From: a virus
Taxonomy: Duplodnaviria; Caudoviricetes
IMG/VR virus record: IMGVR_UViG_3300042557_001822
Location: 1 to 58,242 of that record
DNA: 58,242 nucleotides
Reading direction: 5' to 3' (one strand)
Shown here: in pieces, positions 39,692 through 49,974 of the stretch
Layout: each line of letters starts with the position of its first letter
Position numbering within the stretch: the first letter of the stretch is position 1
Notes under the pieces: model-generated
Databases searched by the model: none
Seen by the model: the letters and a program-made list of their open reading frames with translations, nothing else
What the model was told of the DNA's origin: nothing
Made by a program: the position numbers and the translations under genes

Positions 39692-41173
39692 TTATTCCTC
39701 TAATAGCTTTCTCTTTAGTTTTATTGAAGTCATTTTTTTAATATTTTCTATACATTCGGTTCCAAATTTTTTCTCTAGGTCTGACAAAACCTTATGATTT
39801 GTAAAATAGTCATTAAAAAACTTATCTCTAAATGCTAATATTTCTTTAGAAGATAATGTTTCTGTTGAATTTGGAACATGGTCATAGCTCAAAAATGCAA
39901 ATTCTGAATATTTTTCTGGTACATATCTGTTCTCTTGTTTATTTTGTAAATATAATGGGCTTCCTGGCAAAGCAGTAGCACAGTATACATTCATATTAGA
40001 CAAAGGAAGATCCAATGCCAACTCATATGTTTCTTGCATTGATCTCATAGTATCAGATGGAAGTCCTACAATAAAGTTTCCACCTACTCCAATTCCATGA
40101 TTATCTATTTCTCTTACTATATCCCTAATATTTGTCTCTTTAAATCTGCCTTTATCTATTTCTTGTCGAACTGTTTGCGATGCAGATTCTATTCCTAGGG
40201 CAAGATGGTTGACTCCAGCCTTTTTAAGCATTTCAAGATACTGGGGTTTGGCCGTATCAACTCTTGAATAAGCCCAGATATTAAACTTTAGACCTCTTTG
40301 TATTATTAATTCACATAATGTCAGAAAGTGTTTAGGTCTATATACAAACATCTCATCTGCTATTTTAAGATTGACAACACCCTTTTCTGCTAAATATTCT
40401 AATTGTTTAATTGTAAATTCTGGATTCCAATATCTAAAAACATTAAAAGAATCAGAAGCTAGACTTAGATCATTAGAGGATCTATTAATTATATTAATCA
40501 TACAGAAAGAACATTTTGCAAAACATCCTAAACTGGTATAGATAGAAGCAAAAGGAGAGGTTTCTCCTATGAAATTGGTGTGCCAAGTTGATGTTCTATA
40601 TTTTGAAAGATCTGGCATTAAGTCATAAGCAATACCAGGAAGATCTTGTTCTAAAAATTCTTGAGGAACTATTCTTTCTGGATCATTGATAATAATTTCT
40701 TTATTATTTCTATACCATAAACCATTTATATTTTTAGGATTAAATTTATTTAAAATTAAATTTTTAAGAGAATATACTCCTTCATTTGAAAATGCAATTT
40801 TTATAAATGGATGTTTTTCTAGAACATCTCCTGGCATAGCGTTAATGTGTGGTCCAACGAATCCTATGGCATATCCAAGTTCAGCAATTTTCTCTGCTGT
40901 TTCTATAGCTCCGTCCATAGCTGCCGTTGAAGCATTTGGATTTTGACCAGTTACAACAAATAAAACAAAATCTGGTTTATATGTGTCCATCCTTGAGGAC
41001 AAATCACTATCAGAAAGAAGAGGTTCTGCTTCAAGATCCATGATAGTAACTTGACAAATATTCCTAACAGAGTTGGCCAATAGCCCAGCCCAAATGTTTG
41101 GTTCTATTGCTGATATTGAACTAAGATTTTGATATAATTTTTTAGAATTAGGAGAAACTATTAATAGATTCAT
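39692..41173 (-). CDS. B12-binding radical SAM protein (class B methyltransferase-like)
   Basis: N-terminal cobalamin-binding-like domain (GPH, NEG); CFAKCSFC; GIES; FIVGLP. Confidence 0.88.
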   Translation of the reverse strand: MNLLIVSPNSKKLYQNLSSISAIEPNIWAGLLANSVRNICQVTIMDLEAEPLLSDSDLSSRMDTYKPDFVLFVVTGQNPNASTAAMDGAIETAEKIAELGYAIGFVGPHINAMPGDVLEKHPFIKIAFSNEGVYSLKNLILNKFNPKNINGLWYRNNKEIIINDPERIVPQEFLEQDLPGIAYDLMPDLSKYRTSTWHTNFIGETSPFASIYTSLGCFAKCSFCMINIINRSSNDLSLASDSFNVFRYWNPEFTIKQLEYLAEKGVVNLKIADEMFVYRPKHFLTLCELIIQRGLKFNIWAYSRVDTAKPQYLEMLKKAGVNHLALGIESASQTVRQEIDKGRFKETNIRDIVREIDNHGIGVGGNFIVGLPSDTMRSMQETYELALDLPLSNMNVYCATALPGSPLYLQNKQENRYVPEKYSEFAFLSYDHVPNSTETLSSKEILAFRDKFFNDYFTNHKVLSDLEKKFGTECIENIKKMTSIKLKRKLLEE

Positions 41174-41185
41174 TTGTTTAGTTAC

Positions 41186-41677
41186 TTATTTTTGTTGGTT
41201 TATAAAGTTTTTAAGAGACATGCCGTTTTTGTCTCTGTCGGATATGATAATTGGTATAGATTCATCCCATTCAGCACCAATATCTGGATCATCATAATTT
41301 ATTGTCCATTGGTGTTCTGGTTGAGTATAGAGTTCGCTCCATTTATAATGGAAAATGCATAAATCTGTTAAACACTGATGAGCGTTAAGAGAATTAGGAG
41401 AAACCAAAACAGAAGTATTATCTGTATCATTTGCATCCAATATATATTCTTTTTTTATGGAATCTTTTAAATCAAATGTTATTAATTTAATTTTTCCATA
41501 TAAACATGTAATCAATTTCCATGTTTTTGAATCACCATGAAAACCTCGAATTGTTCCATATTTAGATTTTGTTATCTTATCTTGAACAAATTTTATAGTA
41601 TGATCTTGTTGATCATATATGGTATATATTGTACCTCTATGATCTATAAATTTATTTTTTTTATATATATAGTCCAT
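41186..41677 (-). CDS. dTDP-4-dehydrorhamnose 3,5-epimerase family
   Basis: DHRG, FVQD, RGFH, YDDPDIG..W...S.RD. Confidence 0.85.
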   Translation of the reverse strand: MDYIYKKNKFIDHRGTIYTIYDQQDHTIKFVQDKITKSKYGTIRGFHGDSKTWKLITCLYGKIKLITFDLKDSIKKEYILDANDTDNTSVLVSPNSLNAHQCLTDLCIFHYKWSELYTQPEHQWTINYDDPDIGAEWDESIPIIISDRDKNGMSLKNFINQQK

Positions 41678-41680
41678 AAT

Positions 41681-42463
41681 TTACTTATTTAAATGATCAG
41701 AGATAAAGGAAATATATGGTGCAAAGTGCTTTATGCCGCCTTGGGTAGTATTTATTTTTTCTATATTTATATTAATAGAATCTTTGGATCTTGTGTTTGC
41801 ATGATAAGAGTCATGAAAAACTTTAACACTATCTAGTAACCAAATCCTATTGATAGCACTAAATATATGTATGATAGCAGTATCTGCAAACCACATTTTT
41901 ATGTCTGGAGGAAATACTCCTCTCATCATATTAACATAAGTTTTAGTGATTACAGGAAAACAAACCCCATGACCCATACCATTAGACTTCTGATAAATAT
42001 CCTTAGTATTTTCTGTTAGACCAATTAACATTATATCATCAATAGGTTTATTTTCTTGATAAAATTCATAGATCTTCAAATCCCAGTCTTCGGTTTCTAT
42101 AACAACGTCATCATTTAATAGAAATATTATATCCCCTTTTGCCGCTATACTCGCTGCATTGTTATAGTCTCGTTGCATAAATTCACTTTGCTCTGTTAAT
42201 AAAACAGATAATGAATTTGCCATTAAATCTCCATCTGTAAACTTAAACATGTCTTTTATGTTTACAATATAATCCAAAGTTTCTTTATCATCATAGTCAA
42301 CAACTAAGATAATTTCAAATAGCCTATGTTTTTTATAGGATTTATTTAATAATGACTCTAGACATTTTTTAAGTAATTCTAATCTATTCCGTGTAGGAAA
42401 AACGACAGAAATTTTATAGTCTATAGACCATTTATCCATATATCTATTATTTGAATATATCAC
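41681..42463 (-). CDS. glycosyltransferase family 2
   Basis: ISVVFPTRNR, LLNDD. Confidence 0.85.
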   Translation of the reverse strand: MIYSNNRYMDKWSIDYKISVVFPTRNRLELLKKCLESLLNKSYKKHRLFEIILVVDYDDKETLDYIVNIKDMFKFTDGDLMANSLSVLLTEQSEFMQRDYNNAASIAAKGDIIFLLNDDVVIETEDWDLKIYEFYQENKPIDDIMLIGLTENTKDIYQKSNGMGHGVCFPVITKTYVNMMRGVFPPDIKMWFADTAIIHIFSAINRIWLLDSVKVFHDSYHANTRSKDSININIEKINTTQGGIKHFAPYISFISDHLNK

Positions 42464-42464
42464 T

Positions 42465-43412
42465 TTATTCTCCTATTATAACATGATTTATATTTTTATA
42501 ATCAAATTCTTCTGGTTTTAAATATAGATTATTTTTGATATATTCTTTTAGATCATTATTTTTGCAAAACATATTTTCATCGTATTGATCAGGATCATGC
42601 TCTAAAATTTTTCTGCATTCTTCGAAGCCTAATCCATACTGTTTAGCTAATGGATTAAAGATTCTGTCCATATAAGTGTCTATAGCGAACGGATGATCGT
42701 AACTGTCTCTGCCAGTTAGCAAAGACCAATATGCAGGATGAAATCCACTACTAGCTCCATCTAGGCTAAGTCTATGATTAACTATAACATCCTTACATAC
42801 GACCCATCTCTTTTTAATAGCAGCACAAATAAATGTATATACAGATTCGGTACAAAAACCAGCAAAAATATCAGGAATTATATTTTTATAGTAATCTTTT
42901 ATGTCTCTAGTAAAAATTTGACAATGAGAATTTAAAGCAGATCCTATTGGTATACAAAACTCATTATTTTGATCCAACTTGAATCCTTTACCACTAACAT
43001 ATCCTTGTATTGCAGGATCGGTCAAGGGACCATTATCTCCATCTGCCATGCAGGAAACCATAGAATATGGGCCGGCAGTCATCTTTTCTACCATTTTTTC
43101 TATAGTATCATCAGCATTAAAAGTAATACCAGAATCTATATATAAAAATCCATCATAATTATTGTCAAATACAGATGCAGTATGATTGAAAGATACATTT
43201 ACAGGAACTCTATCATTAATAGAATTTATTTTAATTTGTGGAAAAACATTTTTTATTGTTGATAATGTTGAATCTTTTGATAAGCAGGACGAAACAACAA
43301 TATCATGATCAATATTTTTTTGATTTACTATAGATTGTAATGACTCTATATAGAAATTTGTATTTTCTCTTTTTGATATCCCGCATATATTATATATTGT
43401 TAGTAATTTCAT
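42465..43412 (-). CDS. GT-A fold glycosyltransferase-like protein
   Basis: SLQSIVNQ, SFN, LYIDSG. Confidence 0.6.
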   Translation of the reverse strand: MKLLTIYNICGISKRENTNFYIESLQSIVNQKNIDHDIVVSSCLSKDSTLSTIKNVFPQIKINSINDRVPVNVSFNHTASVFDNNYDGFLYIDSGITFNADDTIEKMVEKMTAGPYSMVSCMADGDNGPLTDPAIQGYVSGKGFKLDQNNEFCIPIGSALNSHCQIFTRDIKDYYKNIIPDIFAGFCTESVYTFICAAIKKRWVVCKDVIVNHRLSLDGASSGFHPAYWSLLTGRDSYDHPFAIDTYMDRIFNPLAKQYGLGFEECRKILEHDPDQYDENMFCKNNDLKEYIKNNLYLKPEEFDYKNINHVIIGE

Positions 43413-44098
43413 AAAAGTTTTTTTACCTTATCTTGGACAGGCATAGAGAACAACGTATTCACATTAAAGCCTGCCGACATTGTTCGATTTATCATATCAA
43501 TAGAAGTTTTGTCTTTTTGTCTCATAGCTAAAGCGTCTAGAGAATTATGTAGTCTATGATCTATTTTTAGAAAACTCAGATCAACAACCTTGTTTGCTTC
43601 ATTATATATTCTGTATGTAATAACATCAGACCCATGATTGCCATAGGTGTCATCCATAATAAAGCCTAATCTTTTTGCAGCATTCGTTGAGACTATTGGA
43701 AAAGCAGCATAAGATGAATCTACTCTGTCTATACTATTATCTTTTGTTCTTCCATAAACAATATCACCAAAATCATTTAGTATATCGTATGCTTGTTTGT
43801 CCCAATGTTTTGTTGTTAATATACAATCATCATTTAATCCAAAGATATATTTTCCAGAAATTGATTCTAGCATAGAATTTAGTCTGACATGAAGATTGCT
43901 ATTTCTATTTTCTATGTGTGTCTTGCATTTTTTAATCTTATTAACTATACTAATATAGTCTGATAGATTTGGATCATCAGAATCTAATCCCACATGAATT
44001 TCATAATCCAATAAACATGTGTTATTTATAGACTTACATAGATCCTCAAACATATCTGGTCTGGATCTAGACATTAATACTATAGAAAATGCTATCAT
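43409..44098 (-). CDS. glycosyltransferase family 2-like
   Basis: SRSRP, DSDD, LNDD, AFPI. Confidence 0.75.
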   Translation of the reverse strand: MIAFSIVLMSRSRPDMFEDLCKSINNTCLLDYEIHVGLDSDDPNLSDYISIVNKIKKCKTHIENRNSNLHVRLNSMLESISGKYIFGLNDDCILTTKHWDKQAYDILNDFGDIVYGRTKDNSIDRVDSSYAAFPIVSTNAAKRLGFIMDDTYGNHGSDVITYRIYNEANKVVDLSFLKIDHRLHNSLDALAMRQKDKTSIDMINRTMSAGFNVNTLFSMPVQDKVKKLL

Positions 44099-44103
44099 TT
44101 AAT

Positions 44104-44673
44104 TTATTTTTTAGGAGGATAATTATATACTGTAACGAAAAATTTTCCCCAAATGTCATTAATTAAATCTGTTATAAAGTTCCAATTTCCTCCCGCTAAT
44201 CCAGAGCCAAATTTTGGACAATGAATTTCAATTTTTTCATTTTTATTAATAAAACCAGTATTAGTATGAATATATTGAGATAAACTATTCATAGATTTAA
44301 CTAAAGCTAAATAATTTAGTGGTCGATTATTTTCTGGAGATCTGATACCATTTTGAGCTATCATGTTAACAAAAAATAATTTATGTTTGAATTTTTCATT
44401 TTCATATATTTTAAGTATTTGAGAATAGCCCAAATTGTTTTTAAGAAAATTTTTACCTAATAAATGATAATTTTCTTTTACAATAGGATACTTTGATGCT
44501 ACTTGAGAAGCGAATCCTGCTCCAAACATATCAATGTTATTGCAAACATGAGGAACAAAAACTGTTGATCCTTCATTTCCTAGAGTCACTCTTTCTCTGA
44601 TAGTTTCAAATAAATCATAATTAGAGTATACTATACTGTTTGTAATATTTTTTTTGTTTATAGTTGTTTTCAT
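44104..44673 (-). CDS. macrodomain protein (Appr-1-p/TARG1-DarG-like)
   Basis: HVCNN...GAGFA; NMIAQ; PKFGSGLAGGNW. Confidence 0.8.
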   Translation of the reverse strand: MKTTINKKNITNSIVYSNYDLFETIRERVTLGNEGSTVFVPHVCNNIDMFGAGFASQVASKYPIVKENYHLLGKNFLKNNLGYSQILKIYENEKFKHKLFFVNMIAQNGIRSPENNRPLNYLALVKSMNSLSQYIHTNTGFINKNEKIEIHCPKFGSGLAGGNWNFITDLINDIWGKFFVTVYNYPPKK

Positions 44674-44676
44674 GAG

Positions 44677-44928
44677 TCACCTAGTAATTTTTGACCACTT
44701 ACCTAAAGGACACTCTTGATCAGCCCATGCTAATTTATTTAGAAATTTACTTTTTTTGCTAATTGCACAGCCACATATTCCACATTCTGATTTTGCTCTA
44801 TTAAAATCCGAACAATCAATACATATAGAATATCTATCTAAAATTTCGGATTGAGTGGTTTTTGGAAATCCATTCCATACATGAAAGAACAAAGACTTAA
44901 GAAATGTTTGTATTCGTAATAGCAGCAT
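44677..44928 (-). CDS. small Cys-rich protein
   Basis: R..ICIDC...CGICGC...CPLGKW. Confidence 0.7.
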   Translation of the reverse strand: MLLLRIQTFLKSLFFHVWNGFPKTTQSEILDRYSICIDCSDFNRAKSECGICGCAISKKSKFLNKLAWADQECPLGKWSKITR

Positions 44929-45148
44929 CTTTTTGTCTTTCTTTTATAGCGATAATATTATTATTTTCATCAAATGTAAATATATCTATCGGATCAATCA
45001 TTGCATCAGATTTAATCCATTTACACGATCCATTTTTTAAAGATACTGCTAATTTATTGCCATTCTTTTTAAAATCTGAAGTTAATACGAAATATTTATT
45101 TTCGAATATAAAACAATCACCAGTATTTATTTCTTCTAAGTATTTCAT
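44897..45148 (-). CDS. hypothetical protein
   Basis: MKYLEEI start at 45148. Confidence 0.6.
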   Translation of the reverse strand: MKYLEEINTGDCFIFENKYFVLTSDFKKNGNKLAVSLKNGSCKWIKSDAMIDPIDIFTFDENNNIIAIKERQKDAAITNTNIS

Positions 45149-45149
45149 A

Positions 45150-45344
45150 TTATCTATTATAGTATTGATCCCAATCTCTCCACTCTTCTTCTTCAAGACT
45201 TTCTTTGATTCTTTTTAACTCTTTTTTGGCATTTTGTTGGCCCATTACATCATCATCAATAAATGTTTTCTTGATATGATGTTTTTTATTAAGTTTATTT
45301 CTTCTTTCAGATTTTCTGTCGTTATTGTCTTCTGAGTTTTTCAT
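45150..45344 (-). CDS. small charged hypothetical protein
   Basis: First gene after a consensus promoter. Confidence 0.6.
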   Translation of the reverse strand: MKNSEDNNDRKSERRNKLNKKHHIKKTFIDDDVMGQQNAKKELKRIKESLEEEEWRDWDQYYNR

Positions 45345-45376
45345 AGCTCATCTCAAGTTATCTGTCCTTACGGTTT

Positions 45377-45405
45377 ATTATATTCTTACCAATGATGTGT
45401 GTCAA
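45377..45405 (-). promoter_or_regulatory. consensus sigma70 promoter
   Basis: TTGACA-N17-TATAAT with upstream A-tract. Confidence 0.85.
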
Positions 45406-45430
45406 TGGGGTTTTTAATTTTTTTTTTACC

Positions 45431-45458
45431 TTGACGATACGCTAAATTGAATTACTAT
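45431..45458 (+). promoter_or_regulatory. sigma70-like promoter (divergent)
   Basis: TTGACG-N16-TACTAT after a T-tract. Confidence 0.65.
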
Positions 45459-45501
45459 TGTGCAGGTCGGTTGGTTACTATCTTATATACTACTTATCCC
45501 A

Positions 45502-47160
45502 ATGAATAACTCTACTATTGTAACAGGAATATGGGATCTGGGTAGGGATTCTTTAAATGGTTCATGGAAAAGAGATTTTCAACACTACATTGATAACTTT
45601 TCCACACTATTGCAATCGTTAGATGATGTTCCTGTTATAGTTTTTATAGATAAAACTTTAGAACATTTAGTATGGAAATATAGAAAAAAAGAAAATACAG
45701 CAGTATACCATCATTCTAAGGATCAATTTTCAGGATCATTTTTCCCTTTCTTTGAAGATGTTCAAAAAATAAGAAATAATCCAGATTGGTATAATCAAGT
45801 AGGATGGCTCAAGGACAGTACCCAAGCAACAATGGAGTACTATAATCCTATGGTAATGAGCAAAATGTTCTTGCTGCATAATGCTAAAATATATAATCCT
45901 TTTAATACAGAATATATGTTTTGGTTAGATGGAGGAATAACAAATACTGTTCACCCAGGTTACTTTAGCCATGACAAAGTATTGGATAAACTTGAAGATT
46001 TAGTTAAAAAATTCCTGTTTATTTGCTTTCCTTATGAAACATCTACAGAGATTCATGGATTTGAAATTAATAAACTAAAAGAATTTGCAAATAATAGCAA
46101 TGTGAATAGAGTAGCTAGGGGAGGATTTTTCGGAGGACATATAGATGCTATATCTCAAGCAAACAATCTGTACTATTCTCTGCTAAATGATTCTTTAAAA
46201 TCTGGATATATGGGCACAGAGGAAAGCATATTTACAATAATGACTTATTTGGATGAAGAGACTTATGACTTTTCATTAATAGAAGACAATGGATTAATCT
46301 CAACTTTTTTTGAGAAATTAAAAAATAATACAAAAATAAAAACGCAACAGACGAATTCCAATACAAGAAAACAACATAAGACTAAAGAAGTAGCATTATA
46401 TATAAATACTTTTAATTTTCCTGCTCAATTAAAAATGGTTCTTAATAGTTTTGAAAAATATGATAAATCATTTTTAGAAAAAACAACTAAAATATTAATC
46501 AATAATTCTACAGATAATAGCGTATTTCCAGAATATGACGATATCTGCGATAAATATAATTTTAAAGAGCACATTAAAAAAGGAAATCTTGGAATATGCA
46601 GAGCACGACAATTAGCTGCTGAGCATTTTAATGATAATGGATATAAATATATGTTCTTCTTTGAAGATGATATGTTATTAGATTTTGATGGAAAATGTAA
46701 TTTTGGATTTAATAAAAAAGTTGATAACTTATTTAATAACTGTATTAGAATTATGGATCTTGAAAATTTTGATTTTTTGAAATTAAGCTTTAGTGAATTC
46801 TATGGACATAATGGAGATCAGTGGAGTTGGCATAATGTACCATCAGAAAATAGGATTAAATATTTTGGCAAATCATCAAAAAGACCACCAATGAAATATA
46901 AAAATATTAAAACTCTTAACGGTATTCCGTATGCCAATGGAGAGATTTACTATTGTAATTGGCCTCATATTATAGATCAAGAAGGAAATCAAAAGCTGTT
47001 TTTAGATACAACATGGAGCAATCCATTTGAACAAACATGGATGAGTCATATATATTCTCTTACTGTTGAGAATAAAATTAATCCGGCAATTTTATTAGCA
47101 AGTCCCATAACACATAATAGGGTGCATTTTTATGAAGCGTCAGAAAGAAGAGAAAATTAA
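45502..47160 (+). CDS. HtrL/WlaTC-like glycosyltransferase fused to a GT2-like domain
   Basis: TIVTGIWDLGR, SKMF, FWLDGG, GGFFGG, GTEE; second domain FFEDD. Confidence 0.75.
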   Translation: MNNSTIVTGIWDLGRDSLNGSWKRDFQHYIDNFSTLLQSLDDVPVIVFIDKTLEHLVWKYRKKENTAVYHHSKDQFSGSFFPFFEDVQKIRNNPDWYNQVGWLKDSTQATMEYYNPMVMSKMFLLHNAKIYNPFNTEYMFWLDGGITNTVHPGYFSHDKVLDKLEDLVKKFLFICFPYETSTEIHGFEINKLKEFANNSNVNRVARGGFFGGHIDAISQANNLYYSLLNDSLKSGYMGTEESIFTIMTYLDEETYDFSLIEDNGLISTFFEKLKNNTKIKTQQTNSNTRKQHKTKEVALYINTFNFPAQLKMVLNSFEKYDKSFLEKTTKILINNSTDNSVFPEYDDICDKYNFKEHIKKGNLGICRARQLAAEHFNDNGYKYMFFFEDDMLLDFDGKCNFGFNKKVDNLFNNCIRIMDLENFDFLKLSFSEFYGHNGDQWSWHNVPSENRIKYFGKSSKRPPMKYKNIKTLNGIPYANGEIYYCNWPHIIDQEGNQKLFLDTTWSNPFEQTWMSHIYSLTVENKINPAILLASPITHNRVHFYEASERREN

Positions 47161-48418
47161 AAAAAATAAAAACACTATCTTTATTCAGATTGCATCTTAT
47201 AGAGATCCTCAACTGTTACCAACATTGGATGATATGCTGGACAAAGCTGAATATCCAGAAAATTTAAGAGTAGGAATATGTTGGCAGCATTCTGCTGATG
47301 ACAAATGGGATACTTTGGATAAATACAAAGATGATTCTAGATTCAGAATAATCGATGTTAATTATTTAGACTCCAAGGGCGTATGCTGGGCCAGGAACTC
47401 TATACAACAATTATATGACGGAGAAAAATACACTCTTCAATTAGATAGTCATCATAGATTTGTAAAAAATTGGGATAGTGAACTTATAAATATGATTAAA
47501 GAATTACAAAAAAATGGACATAAAAAACCATTAATAACATCATATATACCAAGTTTTGATCCTGACAACGATCCTGCTGTCAGAGTTAATGAGCCCTGGA
47601 AAATGAATTTTGATAGATTTATACCAGAAGGTGCTGTATTTTTCCTTCCTGCATCTTTTGACGAATGGGATCCAAAAGATAAACCTCTTCCTGGAAGGTT
47701 TTATAGTGCTCATTTTGCTTTTAGTGTTGGAGAATTTTCAACAGAAGTTCAACACGATCCAGAGTATTATTTTCATGGAGAAGAAATTAATATTGCTGTT
47801 AGAGCATATACTCATGGATATGACATCTTTCATCCTCACAAAGTAGTATGCTGGCATGAGTATACTAGAAAAGGAAGAGCCAAACAATGGGACGATGATA
47901 AAGAATGGGGTAAAAGAAATAAATATTGTCATTTAAAGAATAGAAAATTATTCGAAATGGATGATGAAAAACAAGATATAGATTTTGGAAAATATGGATT
48001 TGGATCTGTCAGGTCATTAAAAGACTATGAAAAATATAGTGGATTATGCTTTAGTAAAAGAGCTATAACACAACAAGTAAAAGACAATAAACCTCCACCA
48101 GATATTATGTACAATGCATCTGATGAAGAATTTTCTCAGAGTCTATTACATATATTCAAGCATTGTATAGATATAGGATATGATCAAGTTCCAGAAAATG
48201 ACTATGATTTTTGGGCCGTTGCTTTCAAAGATTCTAATGGAGAAGATTTATATAGAAAAGATGCTGATGCTGATGAGATAAAACAAATGAAAAATGATCC
48301 TGATAAATATTGTAAAATTTGGAGAGAATTCCAAACATTAGTTAAGCCTTCTAGTTGGATAGTTTGGCCACATAGTCTTAGTAAAGGGTGGTCCGATCCA
48401 ATCACAGGTAGTCTGTAA
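47132..48418 (+). CDS. GT60-like GlcNAc transferase (Skp1-hydroxyproline GlcNAcT family)
   Basis: IFIQIASYRDP, GVCWARN, LQLDSHHRF..WD, FHGEE...RAYTHGYD. Confidence 0.82.
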   Translation: MKRQKEEKIKKNKNTIFIQIASYRDPQLLPTLDDMLDKAEYPENLRVGICWQHSADDKWDTLDKYKDDSRFRIIDVNYLDSKGVCWARNSIQQLYDGEKYTLQLDSHHRFVKNWDSELINMIKELQKNGHKKPLITSYIPSFDPDNDPAVRVNEPWKMNFDRFIPEGAVFFLPASFDEWDPKDKPLPGRFYSAHFAFSVGEFSTEVQHDPEYYFHGEEINIAVRAYTHGYDIFHPHKVVCWHEYTRKGRAKQWDDDKEWGKRNKYCHLKNRKLFEMDDEKQDIDFGKYGFGSVRSLKDYEKYSGLCFSKRAITQQVKDNKPPPDIMYNASDEEFSQSLLHIFKHCIDIGYDQVPENDYDFWAVAFKDSNGEDLYRKDADADEIKQMKNDPDKYCKIWREFQTLVKPSSWIVWPHSLSKGWSDPITGSL

Positions 48419-48419
48419 A

Positions 48420-48695
48420 ATGAACTTTAATCATATTAATAATGCAGAATTAGACGCTTTGGATTTAGTAAAATATAGTAATAGCATAAATTCTTTAGAA
48501 TATAAACACTATTTTTTAGATAAGTCTGGATCTGAGCATTATAGATTACTGGCCTATATTGCACAAAATAATTTTAATATAAATATTTTGGACATAGGTA
48601 CACTCAAAGGTTGTTCTGCTTTAGCCTTTTCTGTTAATGAATCTAATAGGGTGTATTCTTTTAATGTCGTGAATCATTTAGACTTAAATCAATAA
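48420..48695 (+). pseudogene. truncated class I SAM methyltransferase
   Basis: EHYRLL...ILDIGTLKGCSALA, then a stop at 91 aa. Confidence 0.55.
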
Positions 48696-48723
48696 CAGGG
48701 GTAGTGTATTTTAACTAAATTTT

Positions 48724-49407
48724 ATGAATAATATAGATATATTAATTACTACATTTGAAAAAAGATATGATTTATTAGTAAAATTAATTGAGTCAATAAG
48801 ACGATTTACCGATTGTAATATAATACTATTAATAAATGGAGAGCTAGAAAAAGAAATACCAGAATTATATAGAAAAAATATTTTACAATTATGTTTAAAT
48901 ACTACAAATATTATACCTTATTTTTTTACTGAGTTTGTTGGGCTATCAAAGATGTGGAACAGAGGCGTGATCTCTTCTAATAAAGAATATCAACTAATAT
49001 TAAATGATGATTTATTATTTAACAAAAATATTTTAGATAATATAGAATTAAATAATATTAATGATATATTAACTATTAATAATTGTTTTTCACATTTTAT
49101 TATTAATAAAAAATTTTTACAAGAATTTGATTATTTTAATGAATATTTATTGGGTGTTGGTTTTGAAGATTCTGACTTTGTAAGAAGATATAAAAAATTA
49201 TATTCTAAAGATGTGCCTACGTTGTATGATGATAGCATAAGTCACAGCAGGAGTAAAATTACAACTGATAATATGGATAATTTATTTCATAATAAATATT
49301 CTGTTTACAATAGAAATATATATGATAATCTAAACTTAATACATATTAATCCATATCCTTTAGAAAAATACTATAGAGATAATAAACATAAAATAATTAA
49401 AAAATAA
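48724..49407 (+). CDS. glycosyltransferase family 2-like
   Basis: GLSKMWN, ILNDD, GFEDSDF. Confidence 0.75.
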   Translation: MNNIDILITTFEKRYDLLVKLIESIRRFTDCNIILLINGELEKEIPELYRKNILQLCLNTTNIIPYFFTEFVGLSKMWNRGVISSNKEYQLILNDDLLFNKNILDNIELNNINDILTINNCFSHFIINKKFLQEFDYFNEYLLGVGFEDSDFVRRYKKLYSKDVPTLYDDSISHSRSKITTDNMDNLFHNKYSVYNRNIYDNLNLIHINPYPLEKYYRDNKHKIIKK

Positions 49408-49409
49408 GT

Positions 49410-49967
49410 ATGGAAAAAATATTAATTACTGGTACAGGTAGGTGTGGAACAACCTTTTTGATAAAATTATTTACTTTTTTAAATTTTGATACAGGATATA
49501 ATCGTAATAATTATAAAAAACATATTTTTTTACACTGTAATTCTGGGATGGAAAATAACTATACAGAGAAACATTATATATTAAAAAGTCCTTTTTTTCT
49601 AGATAAAATTGAAGAGATTATCAAAGATAAGTCAATAAATATAAAAACAATTATAATACCTATAAGAGATTTAAAAGAGTGTGCAGCATCAAGACTAAAA
49701 CACGGAAAGAAAGAAGGTGGTCTTGTTAATGCGGTAGACGAAGTGACTCAAATTCAATATTTTCAAACTATTTTATCTAAATATCTTCATATCATGACTA
49801 TATATGAATTAAATACAATATTTATAGATTTCAATAAAATGATAAATGATAAAATATATTTGTTTAATAAACTTAAAAATATATTAGATGAAAAATCTAT
49901 AAATTATGAACTATTTTCTGAAGCATATGATGATGCTTCATCAACATCTAAACCTAATTCTAAATAG
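49410..49967 (+). CDS. sulfotransferase-like protein
   Basis: ITGTGRCGTTFL (5'-PSB-like), LKSP, IRD...AAS. Confidence 0.6.
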   Translation: MEKILITGTGRCGTTFLIKLFTFLNFDTGYNRNNYKKHIFLHCNSGMENNYTEKHYILKSPFFLDKIEEIIKDKSINIKTIIIPIRDLKECAASRLKHGKKEGGLVNAVDEVTQIQYFQTILSKYLHIMTIYELNTIFIDFNKMINDKIYLFNKLKNILDEKSINYELFSEAYDDASSTSKPNSK

Positions 49968-49974
49968 GAATAAT

